Assembly (NCBI GenBank): GCA_028534125.1
Contig: CM052816.1
Location: 13,456,001-13,520,000 of the forward strand
From: Lama glama
Taxonomy: Eukaryota
DNA: 64,000 nucleotides
Reading direction: 5' to 3'
The notes below the pieces were generated by a model. That model had not been told where the DNA came from. It worked only from the letters and a program-made list of their open reading frames with translations, and did no database searches. Below, in pieces: positions 39,624 to 51,688 of this stretch (positions within the stretch are counted from its first letter, which is position 1; every line of letters begins with the position of its first letter). Both the position numbers and the translations under genes were made by a program.

Positions 39624-40478
39624 CAGTGGTTCTCAACGTGTGGTCCACGGACCCCTGAGACATCTCCAAGACCTTTTCAGGGGTTCTATACAATGCAAAA
39701 CCAAAGACAGGCAAAACTGCTGATGCCTTGGTACCAATTCAGCAGTGACACCAAGCTGCACCGACAGGCAAAGGACTCTTCACCACCTCAATAGCACATG
39801 TTAAAAAAACAAACAAACAAAACCAAAACCAAATCCCCACGTTTACTTAAAAAATACCCTTGATAAAGCAGTAAAAATTATGAATTCCATTAAATCTTGA
39901 TCTGCTAGCACACATTTTTTTACACTGGAATGAAATAGGAAACGGGCACAAGGCACTGCCACACATCACAGCTGCCACGAGGGAAACCAGTTCTGCAATT
40001 ACGTAAGTGGCAACTAACCTAATCTCTTTTTTTTTTTTTCCATGAAACACCATTTGAACTTGAAAGAACAATTGACAAACTGTGGTTACTCAGACGTTGG
40101 TATCTGGCAGACATTTTCTCAAAAATGAACCGAGTGAGCCTGTCACTTCAAGGAAAACAACTGACAGCATTTGCTGCAAAGATAAAATTCACTCTTCCAA
40201 GTAGTGAAGTTAAATTTTAGAAAACTTGGACTTGTCACCATGAGCTTGACAGCTTCTCAAAACTTCATGACTTCTTAAAAAATAAGCTCCGGGATGACAT
40301 TAATAAATATGATTTTAAAAACAATCTTGTATGAGGAAATGTGCACTGGAAGATTTGAACCGATATTTTCCAAGTGACTGACGCACATTTAAAATATGCA
40401 AGGGTAACAGATCCATTCAAAGCGCCAGGTAGGCCACTAGGTTTCAGAGTCATCGCGTGTGAAAAGGTCACCCTCATT
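39624..40478. mobile_element. hAT-Charlie DNA transposon remnant (Charlie1-like), one terminus present
   Basis: Starts cagtggttctcaacgtgtggtccacggacccct. Internal transposase-derived sequence gtatctggcagacattttctcaaaaatgaaccgagtgagcctgtcacttcaaggaaaacaactgacag (YLADIFSKMNRVSLSLQGKQLT). Confidence 0.8.
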
Positions 40479-40518
40479 GAAAATGTGGACTAAATTGTTT
40501 TCTAAATCTACTTTTTGT

Positions 40519-40815
40519 GAGAGACAGACTCACAGGCATAGAAAACAAACTCTTGGTTACCAGGGTACGGAGCGGTCGCTGGAGGGATAAAGTGGGGAGT
40601 TTGGGATTTGCATAGACTAATTAATAGATACAGAATAAACAACAAGGTCCTACTGTACAGCACAGGGACCTACATTCAATACTTTGTAATGGCCTGTCAT
40701 GAAAAAATATAAAAGGAATATATATATCTATGTATAACTGAATCGCTATCCCAGATTCTGTACACCAGAAATTAACACAACATTGTAAATCGACTATACT
40801 TCAGTTAAAAAAAAA
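40519..40815 (+). mobile_element. LINE-1 3' UTR fragment
   Basis: agacagactcacaggcatagaaaacaaactcttggttacc...cagcacagggacctacattcaata...cattgtaaatcgactatacttcagttaaaaaaaaa; same family as the 24140 and 30335 copies. Confidence 0.85.
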
Positions 40816-43800
40816 GGAATAGACAGGCATTAATTAGACGAAGGAAGAGAATTCTGGCAGAAGTAACAGACTGAGGCCCTACGGTCAGAGAGAGGAAGGC
40901 GTATTTGAAGAACTCAAAGAAAGCTGCCGTGGCTGGACCAGGGACAGCGCGGGGAGCGCAGGGCAGGAGATGTGAGGGGCTGAAAGACCGAATCTGGGCT
41001 TGAGTAAACAGCAGGGTTAGCAGAGGCTGGAGTCTCCAGAACTCCATCAAGCACGCCTTTCTGGCACTAACCTATTTTCAAAACAAACACAACATTTACA
41101 TACTCATCCTTTTATAGTTCCTCAAGGGCAAATTCCTTTAATTCCAAAGAAAGAACCAAGTTCTTACAGCACAAGTGGTAACAGCTCTGGCTCCTCATGG
41201 AGCAGCTGGGCAGCTTCCCAAAGCCTTAATGTGAAAGTCTGTAAGAAACCATACGACTAACTTCTTGATGCCTCGGAGGGCGCTCACTACCAGGAAGGTC
41301 TGAACTCTAAAGAGGGAGTGACCGCACTCTGGATTCTGCATAAATCTTTCGGCACGTGTATCCGAGTCCCTGCTAACAAACATGGGTCACAAAGCCACTG
41401 ACCCTGAATGCTCTCTCTAGTGCTTGGGAAACTGAATGGAACATGACCCAGCAAGCCTGCGGAGCTCCAGAAACTGAACTGCAGGACCTGCACCAGAGAG
41501 ACGAAATCAGTAAGTATTTGAAAGAGAGAGAAAGAACAGGATCTCAATCCCTGTGGCTCCATGGATGTCTGATCACGGAAGGAACCAGTTACATCCGGCA
41601 GCCGCCTTCTGTAATGATGAAAACGAGTGGCACGAAGACCCCCAGGGACGGGGAAAAGTCACGATGCAGACTGAGGCTGGAGAAGAGAATTGACACTGGA
41701 AGCACCTCAGCAGCAGCCTAAAGTGCCAGAAAGAGCAGGAAATATCTTCATTAATGCAGGGAAGACTGGCTCAATGTCCAGCTAATAAACCCTAAAGCCA
41801 CAACCAAGGTGAAGAGAACCCAAGGTTAGGATTTATGGCTCTTTGAGGTAATTTCTTACTTTCTCATCACTTTGAGGATTTAGGAGTACTGACCAAAGTT
41901 GCCTGTATGATAAACACAAAGTAAAGATGGAGCCCCAGGTTCATTTCCTGCACAGTCAAATTCTACAAAATGACAGACAACAGGTTTGTGTCCTGTTAGC
42001 AATGCCAGTGGGGGCTGGAGTTTTCTAGTTCTTTGAATGGCTATATCCAGCCTTATAATTCTTTCCCCACATACTCTGGAGAGAAAAAAACACTTCCAAA
42101 AAAAAAAAAAAACAACAACAACAAAAAACCACTTCCAACGAAGATAAAATCAACTTCCTGATCTTTTACAGTCACTGGAAGCTGCATTAGCAGCCACCAT
42201 GTGGAACCCCAAGTGGCCACATCTGATAATCAAAGACTGGGGTGAAAACAAGAGTTTTGTTTTGTTTCTTTGTGAAAAATCACTGATGAGCAATTTATCA
42301 GCCCTACAAAGTTGCCAGGTGCAGCCCCAATTATTGAAATATTACAAGAAGCCATTAAAAAAGAGAGAGAGAATCTCAGCAGCCAAGCTAGTTTCTAATG
42401 GTTTTGAATTTCAGGGCCTTCTTTTGGTTGAGGAGATCTGCCTCCTTCCTTGTGCCCACAAGCCACTGCAGGGCTGGGCCCCCTCAGCTAACTTTTGGCA
42501 ACTCACTCAAATTCAGCTGAAAGGGATCAACACTCGGTTTAGCTGAACAACCGCTTCGCAACAATCTGAATCTGCCACCACCAACCTCAAAGTCTGGGAC
42601 AGCTGGAACAGGATCTGGCTTTCAGTGCTGCCTGCACAGTTACGAAGCTTTGACTCATTACTCCACTCGGACATTATTCCTTATCTCACAATTCCATTAC
42701 CATCCCGCCTACTTCTCCTAAGCTAGTCTCTACCTTAGCCTCTCCCTCCCTGGACTCCAACTACGCTTCACATGTGCCATTCTCTGGGAGCCTCCTCCCT
42801 CCTGTCCTTTTTCTTTACCCACTGGAGGATGCTCTGTGAAGTGCCTCCAGCGGGCCGGGCAGAGGGGGACCAATGATGAGGTAGACACTGGCCTGTCATC
42901 AAGGAGCTTGTCCTATGACAGAAAGGAAGAAAAACAGGTGAATCAAGTATTTCAGAGGCTGTGACCACAGTATGCACAGTGCACAGGGTGGGAGTGGGGG
43001 ACGGCAAATTTGACCTGGGCAGAAAGCATCTGATGGCAAGAACGGCGTAAGCCAAGGTAGAGAGGTGCAGGCATCCGCGGGCACGGCAAACAGCTGCTGA
43101 TCCCCAGAGCGTCAGGCCTCTGGTGCGGAGAGAGGCGAGGCCAGAGGGGAAGCAGTTTCCAGATGAAGCATGCGTTCGTATGCCACGCTGGACAGTGCAG
43201 GCTGCAGCTGTAAGTAGGGCAGTGGAAAGGGCAGGGTTCCCTTTTGGTTACAAACATGCCTCCCTCCAAATCTGTGGAAATTCAGGCCATAATTCTTCCC
43301 CTGCTCTCCTGCCAAATTTCCCATAAGCTCTCTATGCATTCCACTCAAGGGAGCAAGAAGGAGTGAGCAGCTTTTCCACGCATTCCAAGTTCACTTCTAT
43401 GAGCCATCGCAGATCAGTCGGCGCAGGGAGTTGAGATTCCAGAGCCCGTGGCAAGGCACACACAGCCAAATCTGCCTCATTCTCAACTTCTGTCCTTTTT
43501 CTACTGTATGAGCATGTGATGAAGAAGCTTCTTTCTTCATTTTTTAAGGCGGGATTAGGCAACGGGGAATACTGTGACCATGGTTGTGAACCCAAATCTC
43601 CTTGGAAAATAATCAATCCCCTACCGTCAGATCATTAAAAGCAAAGTCTTGTTCAGGCTGTTAAACTCTCCTTCAGTTAGAGTTTTCACTATACTTTGAA
43701 TGCATCTGGATGGCCGGGTGCTGCCGAGATGCCCTCAATATAGTGAACGTGGAAAGAGGTAAAGGATCTTATCTTGGGGAACGTCATTTACTCTAAAATC

Positions 43801-44000
43801 ATGCCATCATCTTATTATGTTTAATGACTTAAAATCAGTCCTCCGCAAACGAAGTATCTCAAGGACTTCTTATGAGAGAAACCCCAAGACGTAGCACAGG
43901 GTATGGGTGTGCTGAGTCTGAGGTAAGAAGTAAAGAAGTAAGAAGTTAAGAAGAGAATGTGCAGGTGAGAATCTTCTCAATGCAAAAAATATTTACTGAG

Positions 44001-44093
44001 GGTGAGGGTACAGCTCAGTGGTAGAGCACGTGCTTGGAATGCATGATGAGGTCCTGGGTTCAACCCCCAGTGCCTCCGTTAAGGGAAAAAAAA
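44001..44093 (+). mobile_element. tRNA-Ala-derived SINE (Vic-1 type, short-tail form)
   Basis: ggtgagggtacagctcagtggtagagcacgtgc...gtcctgggttcaacccccagtgcctcc with a short A tail. TSD ttactgag at 43993-44000 and 44094-44101. Confidence 0.88.
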
Positions 44094-45929
44094 TTACTGA
44101 GCAGCTACATGTGGCCAACAGACTAGACACCGGGGATATTCAGGCAAATAAGACTTATCTCCCTCCCACGCTACACGACACAGAGTAGAAAGGAGGGGAA
44201 AGGGAGACAAAGGTAAAACAGGCTACAGTAGAAACGACCATTAGACCAGTAGTTTATGTGCTCACTTGAGATGAAAATAAGCCAGAACTTCAGACGTTTT
44301 TCTGAATGGGAAACCAGCTTCCTTAGGAAGGTGGCTATTGCCCACGGCTCAGATCACTGCTAACGTAAACTAGACCCCATCTAGGACACAATGCAGTCTG
44401 CGAAGAAGGGGAATGAGAAAAAAGAAAAAGAACAGAGCTCTAGTTCTAGTTTCCCCAAGGCACATTAAGGCCTGCCCTCAGAATACACCCTGCTGAGATT
44501 CTTCACAACTGCCGCTTATTGCTGTGGTCCGGAAAAACGGACACTCAACAGCGATGACCTTTTAGCTTAAGGAATGCAATAAAACACTTAGCTATGGATA
44601 CTCAAATAAAGGTAAGCAACGTGACCCCATTCCCTACATTTTAAAAACTCCTCAACATTTGTGAAGTTCTGTAGAAGAAGAAAAATCATTTAAATAGCCA
44701 CCATGGGAAAAACTAAATCACTTAAGCCTTTTATGATGTGAACAGGAATAATCTTGTTTTATGACATTAAAAAGAAAAGAAAATACATTAAAATGAAGGG
44801 TCTGTTTCAAGGGAGCTGTATACCAATTTCCATCATTTGGTTTCAGATCTATAATTAATGCTTAAGTGGAGGTAGAATGCAGTCAGGAAAAAAACAGTCC
44901 TGGGACGCAAAGGGAAACATGGGTAGAATCCTGACTTTGAAACGTGGTAGTGGTGTGGTTTTGGGCAAGATGCGTGATTCTTTGAATCTCAATATTCTCT
45001 GTGAACCAAAAATCCCAGTATCTGCTTTTTGGGACTTTTTGGCAATGATAATAGATATTGAAATATCTATAGATAACTAGGTAGTGAAAGATCTGACACA
45101 TAGTAGATCTTAAACCAATGCAAAGTCATTTTACTGTTCAACTCTTTATGCTCATCAATTCTTAACGATAAATTCTGATCCCTCTTGACTTTTGAGCAGG
45201 GACAAATAGTGACAGGAGTTTTTCTCCCTGGATGGGAAGAGTTAACACAGCTCCTGTGACAGTCCTGAGAGCAGACTCAGCTCATTCAACCCTTCCAGGG
45301 TGATGTCACTGTCATCCTGGGGATCAGGGGAGGCGTCAAGGCTGAAGCAGCTGGGGCATTATCACAAGCTGAGAGCCAGCAACAGATACCAACCAGCAGT
45401 TATAAATAGCGAATTAAGACCCAAAACTGCAAAGGGGAAAATGCAGTATTCCACCAGGTATTAAACATCCCCAGCAAAACACCCTGAGAAAGAGTTAATG
45501 AGGTAAAAGAGGCCACTTCAAAGCCCTTACTCCACGCCAGAAACCACGACATGCACTCTGCATGCATCAACTCACTTCATCTTCACAGCACGACTCCGAG
45601 GGAGGTGCTAGCGTTCCCTCATTTTGTAAGTGAGGACACAGAGGCCCAGATGTCAGATAATTGCAGGAGACCCTCAGCTGTACGTGGTGTAAATGGAACT
45701 TGAACTCAGGTCTGTCCGACTCCAGGGCTTCATTCTTAAACGACCTGCCATTTCCAAATCCAACAATGGAAAACCAATCACACGGTCATGACCTCAAATA
45801 AACCAAGTGATCTGTTCCCCAAAAGGCGGGCTCAGTCCTGCTGAGTGTGGTTTTGGTTCATTCTGTAAGGTGTGAGTCCTAAATAGGACACGTCCAGGAG
45901 CTTCTGCTTCAATCATTCCTTCCAGTCTT

Positions 45930-46910
45930 CACTGCCAGCACCTTCTCTCCCCGCTCCTAAATGCTCTAGTGCCCAAGCGCCTGTCCTGGGACCTCTCCTC
46001 TCCCCACAGACCCATCCTCAGCGATCTCATCAGTGCCAGTTGATATAACATGCTGAGAGCCGTCAAGAGAACTCTGGGTACGTTCACCCCTGCCCCCTGC
46101 CCAACCCCACCACACCAGTGCAACAAAACTACACTCTCTTTCGTCCCCTGGAGAAGGCCAAAAACCCAGGCATCATCCTTGATCTCTCTCACGTGCCCCA
46201 TCTAGCCCAGAAGTTAATCCCATTGGCCCTCTCTTCAAAGTAGACCCCAAATTTGACCACTCTTCACCACCTCCACCGTGGCCATCCAGGTCAGGCCTCC
46301 AGGGTCTTCCATCTGGACTACTCCTATCACCTTCCAGTCGTCCATCTCCCTGACCCCACTCTTGTCCCCATTCGGCTTGTTCTCGAGAAATCAACAAAGC
46401 AATACCGGAGAAAAGAACAACAAAAACAGATTGTGCCACTGCTTCCTCAGTATCATCCAGTGGCTTCCCATTGTAACTGGGATGGAATTCAGCCTTCCTA
46501 TGGCTTCCCAACCCCCACCCGCTTAGCTGTCCAAATTCAGCTTGTGACACACGGACATTATTCCCTGAATAAGCCACATATGTTTCCATGCCACACAGGT
46601 TCCCTTCTCAGGGCATTTGCACTTACTGTTCGTTCCTTCTGCCTGGAAGGATCTCCCTCTAGTTCTTCACATGGCTTTGCTGTCCCACTTCATTCAGGTA
46701 GTGACTTAAATGTCACCTCATCAGACCACCTGATCTAGCGAGGCTCCTGGACCGTGCCCATCAATCTAAGTGCATATTCTTCCCTGAGAGCACTTAACAC
46801 TTCCTGAAATTATCTTTATAATAGATTTTGTCTATCTTTTTATACCGTATTTTGAAAAACTTCACTGCTGTGTTCACAGGACATAATACTGAGTAGGCGC
46901 ACTTAACAGG
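45930..46910 (+). mobile_element. LINE-2 remnant
   Basis: aaaacccaggcatcatccttgatctctctc, ctcagggcatttgcacttactgttcgttccttctgcctggaa, aaatgtcacctcatcagac. Approximate. Confidence 0.7.
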
Positions 46911-48606
46911 CACTCCCTTCCTGGCATGGCAATCTGAACTCACGTTTCAGTAGGTCAAAGTGCCCCAACATCCAGAGCTAGGTGACACTCCTGGGGCTTC
47001 ATATTAGGTCTTCTCCATCCAAATGTCCTGAGGCTGGGTGACAGCTGGCTTGGTCATTAAAAAGAGAAGGCAATGTGAGGCATTCTGAGCCTTGGTTTTG
47101 GGCATCAGGAGAATTCTGTATCATCTCGCCCCTTCTCTCCAGATTCTGCCCAGGCCCTGCAGAGCCCACATCAGATAAGCTTATTTACCTCAGACAGCCT
47201 GCACCGTCAGGTCAATTAACACAAACACTGCCGTGTTAAGGCCATAGGGACATGAGTCCAAGAGCAGAGCAGGCCCTCTGTGCGTCCTAGTTCTACCCCA
47301 AGGAGCCACCAAAGCGATGCAAGAGCTTGCCGCAAGGCCTGAACAAGGCACGTCTGTTTGAAAACACATACATTTAATTCAGTCTGACAGCGAGAAGGGT
47401 CTGTGTGGGCCCACAATACTGGGCTGGCCGCGTGCTGCCTGACAGACCCTGCAGGTGTTCTCAGTTAAACGTGATCATCAAATTAGCTGCGAACAGCGGT
47501 TAACTCTGAAATGGTAAACCCAGCTTCCTGGGCGATCTCCCCGTCTGCCTCTCTCCCAGGCTGAGCGCAAGGACGGAAGAGCCCTACCCTTGGACCAAAG
47601 GCTAAAGTAAAGGGCAGCAGGCAGAGGGGCCCGCAGGCATGTGGGGATGGGGTGGGAGGAGAAGGGGAGACAGGGTCGGGGAGTTCTGCTCTGGCAGTCT
47701 CCTAGCGAGAAGGCACTGACTACACAGTGAGTTGGGATAAGTTTTGTTATTTTTTAAATTTCACAGGCTCACCCCACCTAACTTGTTTTTCTTGTCCAAC
47801 TATCTAGAACCTTGTGCCCTCCCACCCTTTCAAGCTGACTTGGGCACTCAGATGCGCCTAAGCTTCTCAGTACTCCCAACAGAGCATCAGCTGACGGCGG
47901 GAAAGGGCTTCTGCAGGACTGGATATGAGGAACCAAAGGAAAAGTTAAACTTGTGCTAAGATAATGTGATAATCCCAGGACCTCTGCCGTGGCCAGTGCT
48001 GTTCTTGCCCACTTCAGCTAGAAATTCCCTTTGGGGTCCAAATTTTGCAGAGCACGGTGAGGAGACACTGCGCAGGATGGCAGGATTGGTTTCTTGAAAC
48101 GAAAATGCCATGTAAATTTCATTCATTCTCTCACCATGGATTCGATTCGCTGCAATGCCTCCACCACAACCAGCTGTCTCACCAGCCAGCCACGGACCAA
48201 CTACTCAAGGAGCCCGAAGAACTCCGATGCTGCAGAGGTCTCTAATGTGGCTTTTCCAGTTCCTAAACAAATCACACCCATCCGTTCCTATTTTGCCACA
48301 ATAGTACCCAGCACCAACTTTCAATTTCTGATGTAAATAGAAGAGGGAGGGGACAATTTTCAATCATTCATGCTAAGCTGCAACAGACACATTCCAGAAA
48401 AGTTCTCTCCAAACCGAAATTCTTTATCTGAATCCCGATTTTCCCACTGACTGCTATAAAATTCCAGATGTAGTCTGAGGTGGCAAACTAAAGACAGACT
48501 GAGCCAATCTCTCCTTCCTAGCGCTGCCAATGATAGCCTCCAGCTGAGGGAAACTCAGGCCTGGATGCTGGATGCAAAAAGGGCCAAATGGGAATTTAAA
48601 CCCAGC

Positions 48607-48950
48607 CAGGGCCAGGACAAGGGTGAGGCGAGAGAGACAGGCAGGGTGCACAGCTTCAGGAGGAGAGGACCTGCCGCAAGCCTGACGGGGCGTGTGTCCT
48701 TAGCACTTCCTTATTTATTTATCTATTTAAGTTATGAGTAAAACCTTATTAAAAAAAACACTTTATTTTAAAATATTTTAGTTTTTTTCCTTTTACCATG
48801 TTATTTGAAAAACAAAAAAAGGAGAAAATCTAAGTAATAACGGTCCATCATTTTTGCCACATTTTTGAGAAACAGAACATCCCTTGTTATCACCACCATG
48901 AAGTTCCAGTCACTGTTACTAACAATGTGGTGCATGTCCCAGTCCCTTTT

Positions 48951-48987
<37 letters not shown>

Positions 48988-49130
48988 CTCACATAAATTT
49001 TTACTCAGAAAAATAGAATCACCTTTAGCACCCATTTAAAGAGGCGCTCACTCAGGATTGTCAAAGGTCACTGCCTCCTTAAATTGTGTACCCCAGGCGT
49101 CTCCCCTGCCTCACCCTAGCCCCAGCCCTG
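48607..49130. mobile_element. MER96-like hAT MITE with long terminal inverted repeats
   Basis: Left end cagggccaggacaagggtgaggcgagagagacaggcagggtgcacagcttcaggagg. Right end reverse-complemented is cagggctggggctagggtgaggcaggggagacgcctggggtacacaatttaaggagg. No TSD recognisable. Confidence 0.75.
48955..48990. repeat. (AC)n(TC)n microsatellite
   Basis: About 15 AC units followed by tctctc. Confidence 0.9.
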
Positions 49131-50509
49131 CGAGATACAACATCTTGGTGTCCTGGCTTACTTCACCTGCTACTAAACATTTTTTTTTTATTGAGCGACC
49201 CTAACGTTATGGGCTGGGTAATGCAGGAACCTAGTCTTGGTTGAGACTTATCTTTCTCCCTTCATTAACCTCCCTGCTTCCTTCCTTCCACTTCCCGTTC
49301 ATCCCCAGGAGGTAGGAAACACAGGAGCTATGTGTTGGTAAAACACAGGCATGCAGAGGCCAGTTGGCCTTTAGAGGCTGGCAGCGAAGATGAGAGGCAA
49401 TCAGGGCCTTAATGATATGCCTGGCAGCCAGGCTTGGGGAAGGAGGGGTGTTCTCGGCCTGGACCCCAGAAGACAGAGCCCAGGCAGCAGCAGCTAGGGC
49501 CCCTCCCCCAGGACAGAGACTCTGCAGTGGAGTGAGTGTTCCTGGCCTTAGATCCCTCTGGGTGGTCTGGATGGCTACGCACACACAAAGTCAGAAGGAC
49601 AGATTGCTCTTTGCATACTTTGCTTTTATAAATTCCCCCTACTCCTCCACATGAAAACTATGCCAGGCACATAAACCGATTCAGTCATGATGGAGAATAA
49701 TTTGGTAATATCTAAAAAAAAAGAAGAATCTGTGTATATACCTGCAATTTCAGTGCTAGGTATATATCATGCCGAAACTCACAAGTGCTGAGGATGTCTG
49801 CCGAGATGTTCACTGCAGTGTTGTTTATAATGGTAAAAACTGAGAAACAATTCTAAGCGTCCATCCGCAGGGAAAAGGGATAAATAATATGTGGCATTTT
49901 TATATAACACTGAGAGGAGGAACTAGTACTTATCTCAAAGAGATAAAATTGATTGAAAGACACAGGTTGAAAAATAAGAGTACACCATTTATAGAACTTA
50001 CAACACATACACACAGAAACACCAGATGTCTACATTTGGACACAAAAAAGCAAAATTTTCAGGCTCAAAACATAGTTCAAAAGGGTACACAGCTAAAATT
50101 CATGTTAACTTTCCACTGGAGGGCAAAGGGAGTGGAACTGCGGAGGAGCTCAAAGACGATTTCAGCGTTAACATGAAAAAGAGAACAAATGAGGGAAATG
50201 TTAACTGTCACATAAATACATATATATGTACATGTCTATATATATATACATGAAACATTACAGCAAAACATATAAAATGTATATTCCAAACATTTATATA
50301 TATTTGCTCTTTTTTTTTTTTTAAAGGAGAAGAGGGAGATGGCATGTTTTGGGAAATCAGAAGTACTCCTTCACATTGTCTTACAGGAACTTGAAAAAGC
50401 TCTGTATACTTTAAAGGCTGATGGAGGGCGACAGGAAAGAGAAAAGAGTTTAAAAAGTAAAGTTAATAATAACTTTTTCAAATGTATCTTTAGTCAGTAT
50501 TATCCTTAG

Positions 50510-50660
50510 CAGTAGTTCCCAGACTTTAGTGTACATGGAAATCATTTGGGAGTTTATTAAAAATAGAATCCTGCACCCTCCGTACTCAAGCCTCCATCAT
50601 TATGGTTCAGGAAATCCTGAATGGAGTCCAGTGATCTCCTTTCTATTAAAAAATGAGTAT
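50510..50660. mobile_element. MER5A-like MITE remnant
   Basis: cagtagttcccagactttagtgtacatggaaatcatttgggagtttattaaaaatag resembles the MER5A terminus. Confidence 0.55.
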
Positions 50661-51375
50661 CCTTAGTACAGTAAAGTCTTTTTAAATGTACTGAGAAGCA
50701 TTAAAAAATAAAAACTTAGAAGTAAATGAAAATTGCAGTTATCATGTAAAAGCTTATATATTCCCCTTTGCCCATAAGTGGATAGTTAATAGTGGCCCTT
50801 AAAAGAAAATTTTATATTTTGCTGATGGTAAACTGAAGTCATTCTATACACTGTTTATTTACATAGTTCTGTAAAATGTTGATCCTGTAACAGAACAATA
50901 ATTACACTGTATGACGTACAACTGAAATGGTCGAGGTACACTTGATAAAATTATGAAAACTCTTGTTCTAGGCAACAACTTTAGTGGAACAATTCTAGTG
51001 TTTTAATTAAAAGACACCAAGGTAGAACGTGTCTGTAAGCGATCCAGGCCTCATTATCCATTATCTAATGATGGCTCCCACTCTTCTGCTTTTCCAAGCA
51101 GAGTCAGTGCTCCCCCTCGGGGTTCCCACAGCCCCTAACTCACATCTGGCACCAGCACGCAGACTGATGCTGTAGTACACCTGTGGACATGTCCATGCTC
51201 CCCTCCAGGCTACTAGTTCCTCCTAACAGGGAAGGCATCACGCTCATCTTTGACAGCTGTGCCTAGCACAGTGCCTGGCAAAGCTGTAGGCACTTGGTAA
51301 GTATCTCTTGAAAGAGTCAGTACATCTGAACAGGTCTGAGTTCACAGACGTCCAATGAAAAAGGAGTCTCCAGCA

Positions 51376-51688
51376 CAGACTTGGCAGATCTATTCTCTAA
51401 AGGACCAGACAGTAAATATTTCAGGCTTTGAGGGTCGTGTGGTTTCTCTTGCAACTTCTCAACCAGCCAGTGTAACCTGGCGCTGCCATAGGTAATACAT
51501 AAATAAAGAAGTGTGGCTCTGTTCCAATAAAGCTTTGTAAAAACTGAACTTGGAATTTCATATAAGTTTCACGTGTCATGAACTATTCTTCTTCTTTTGA
51601 TTTTTTTCCCTCCAACTATTTAAAAAGCAAACGACGATTCTGAGCTTGTGGGCCATATGAAAGCCGGGAGCAGGATCCCCAACCCCTG
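51376..51688. mobile_element. MER58B-like hAT-Charlie MITE
   Basis: cagacttggca...aaaggaccagacagtaaatattttcaggcttt...gttccaataaagcttt...aacccctg. Perfect 8-bp TSD ctccagca at 51368-51375 and 51689-51696, as expected for hAT elements. Confidence 0.85.
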
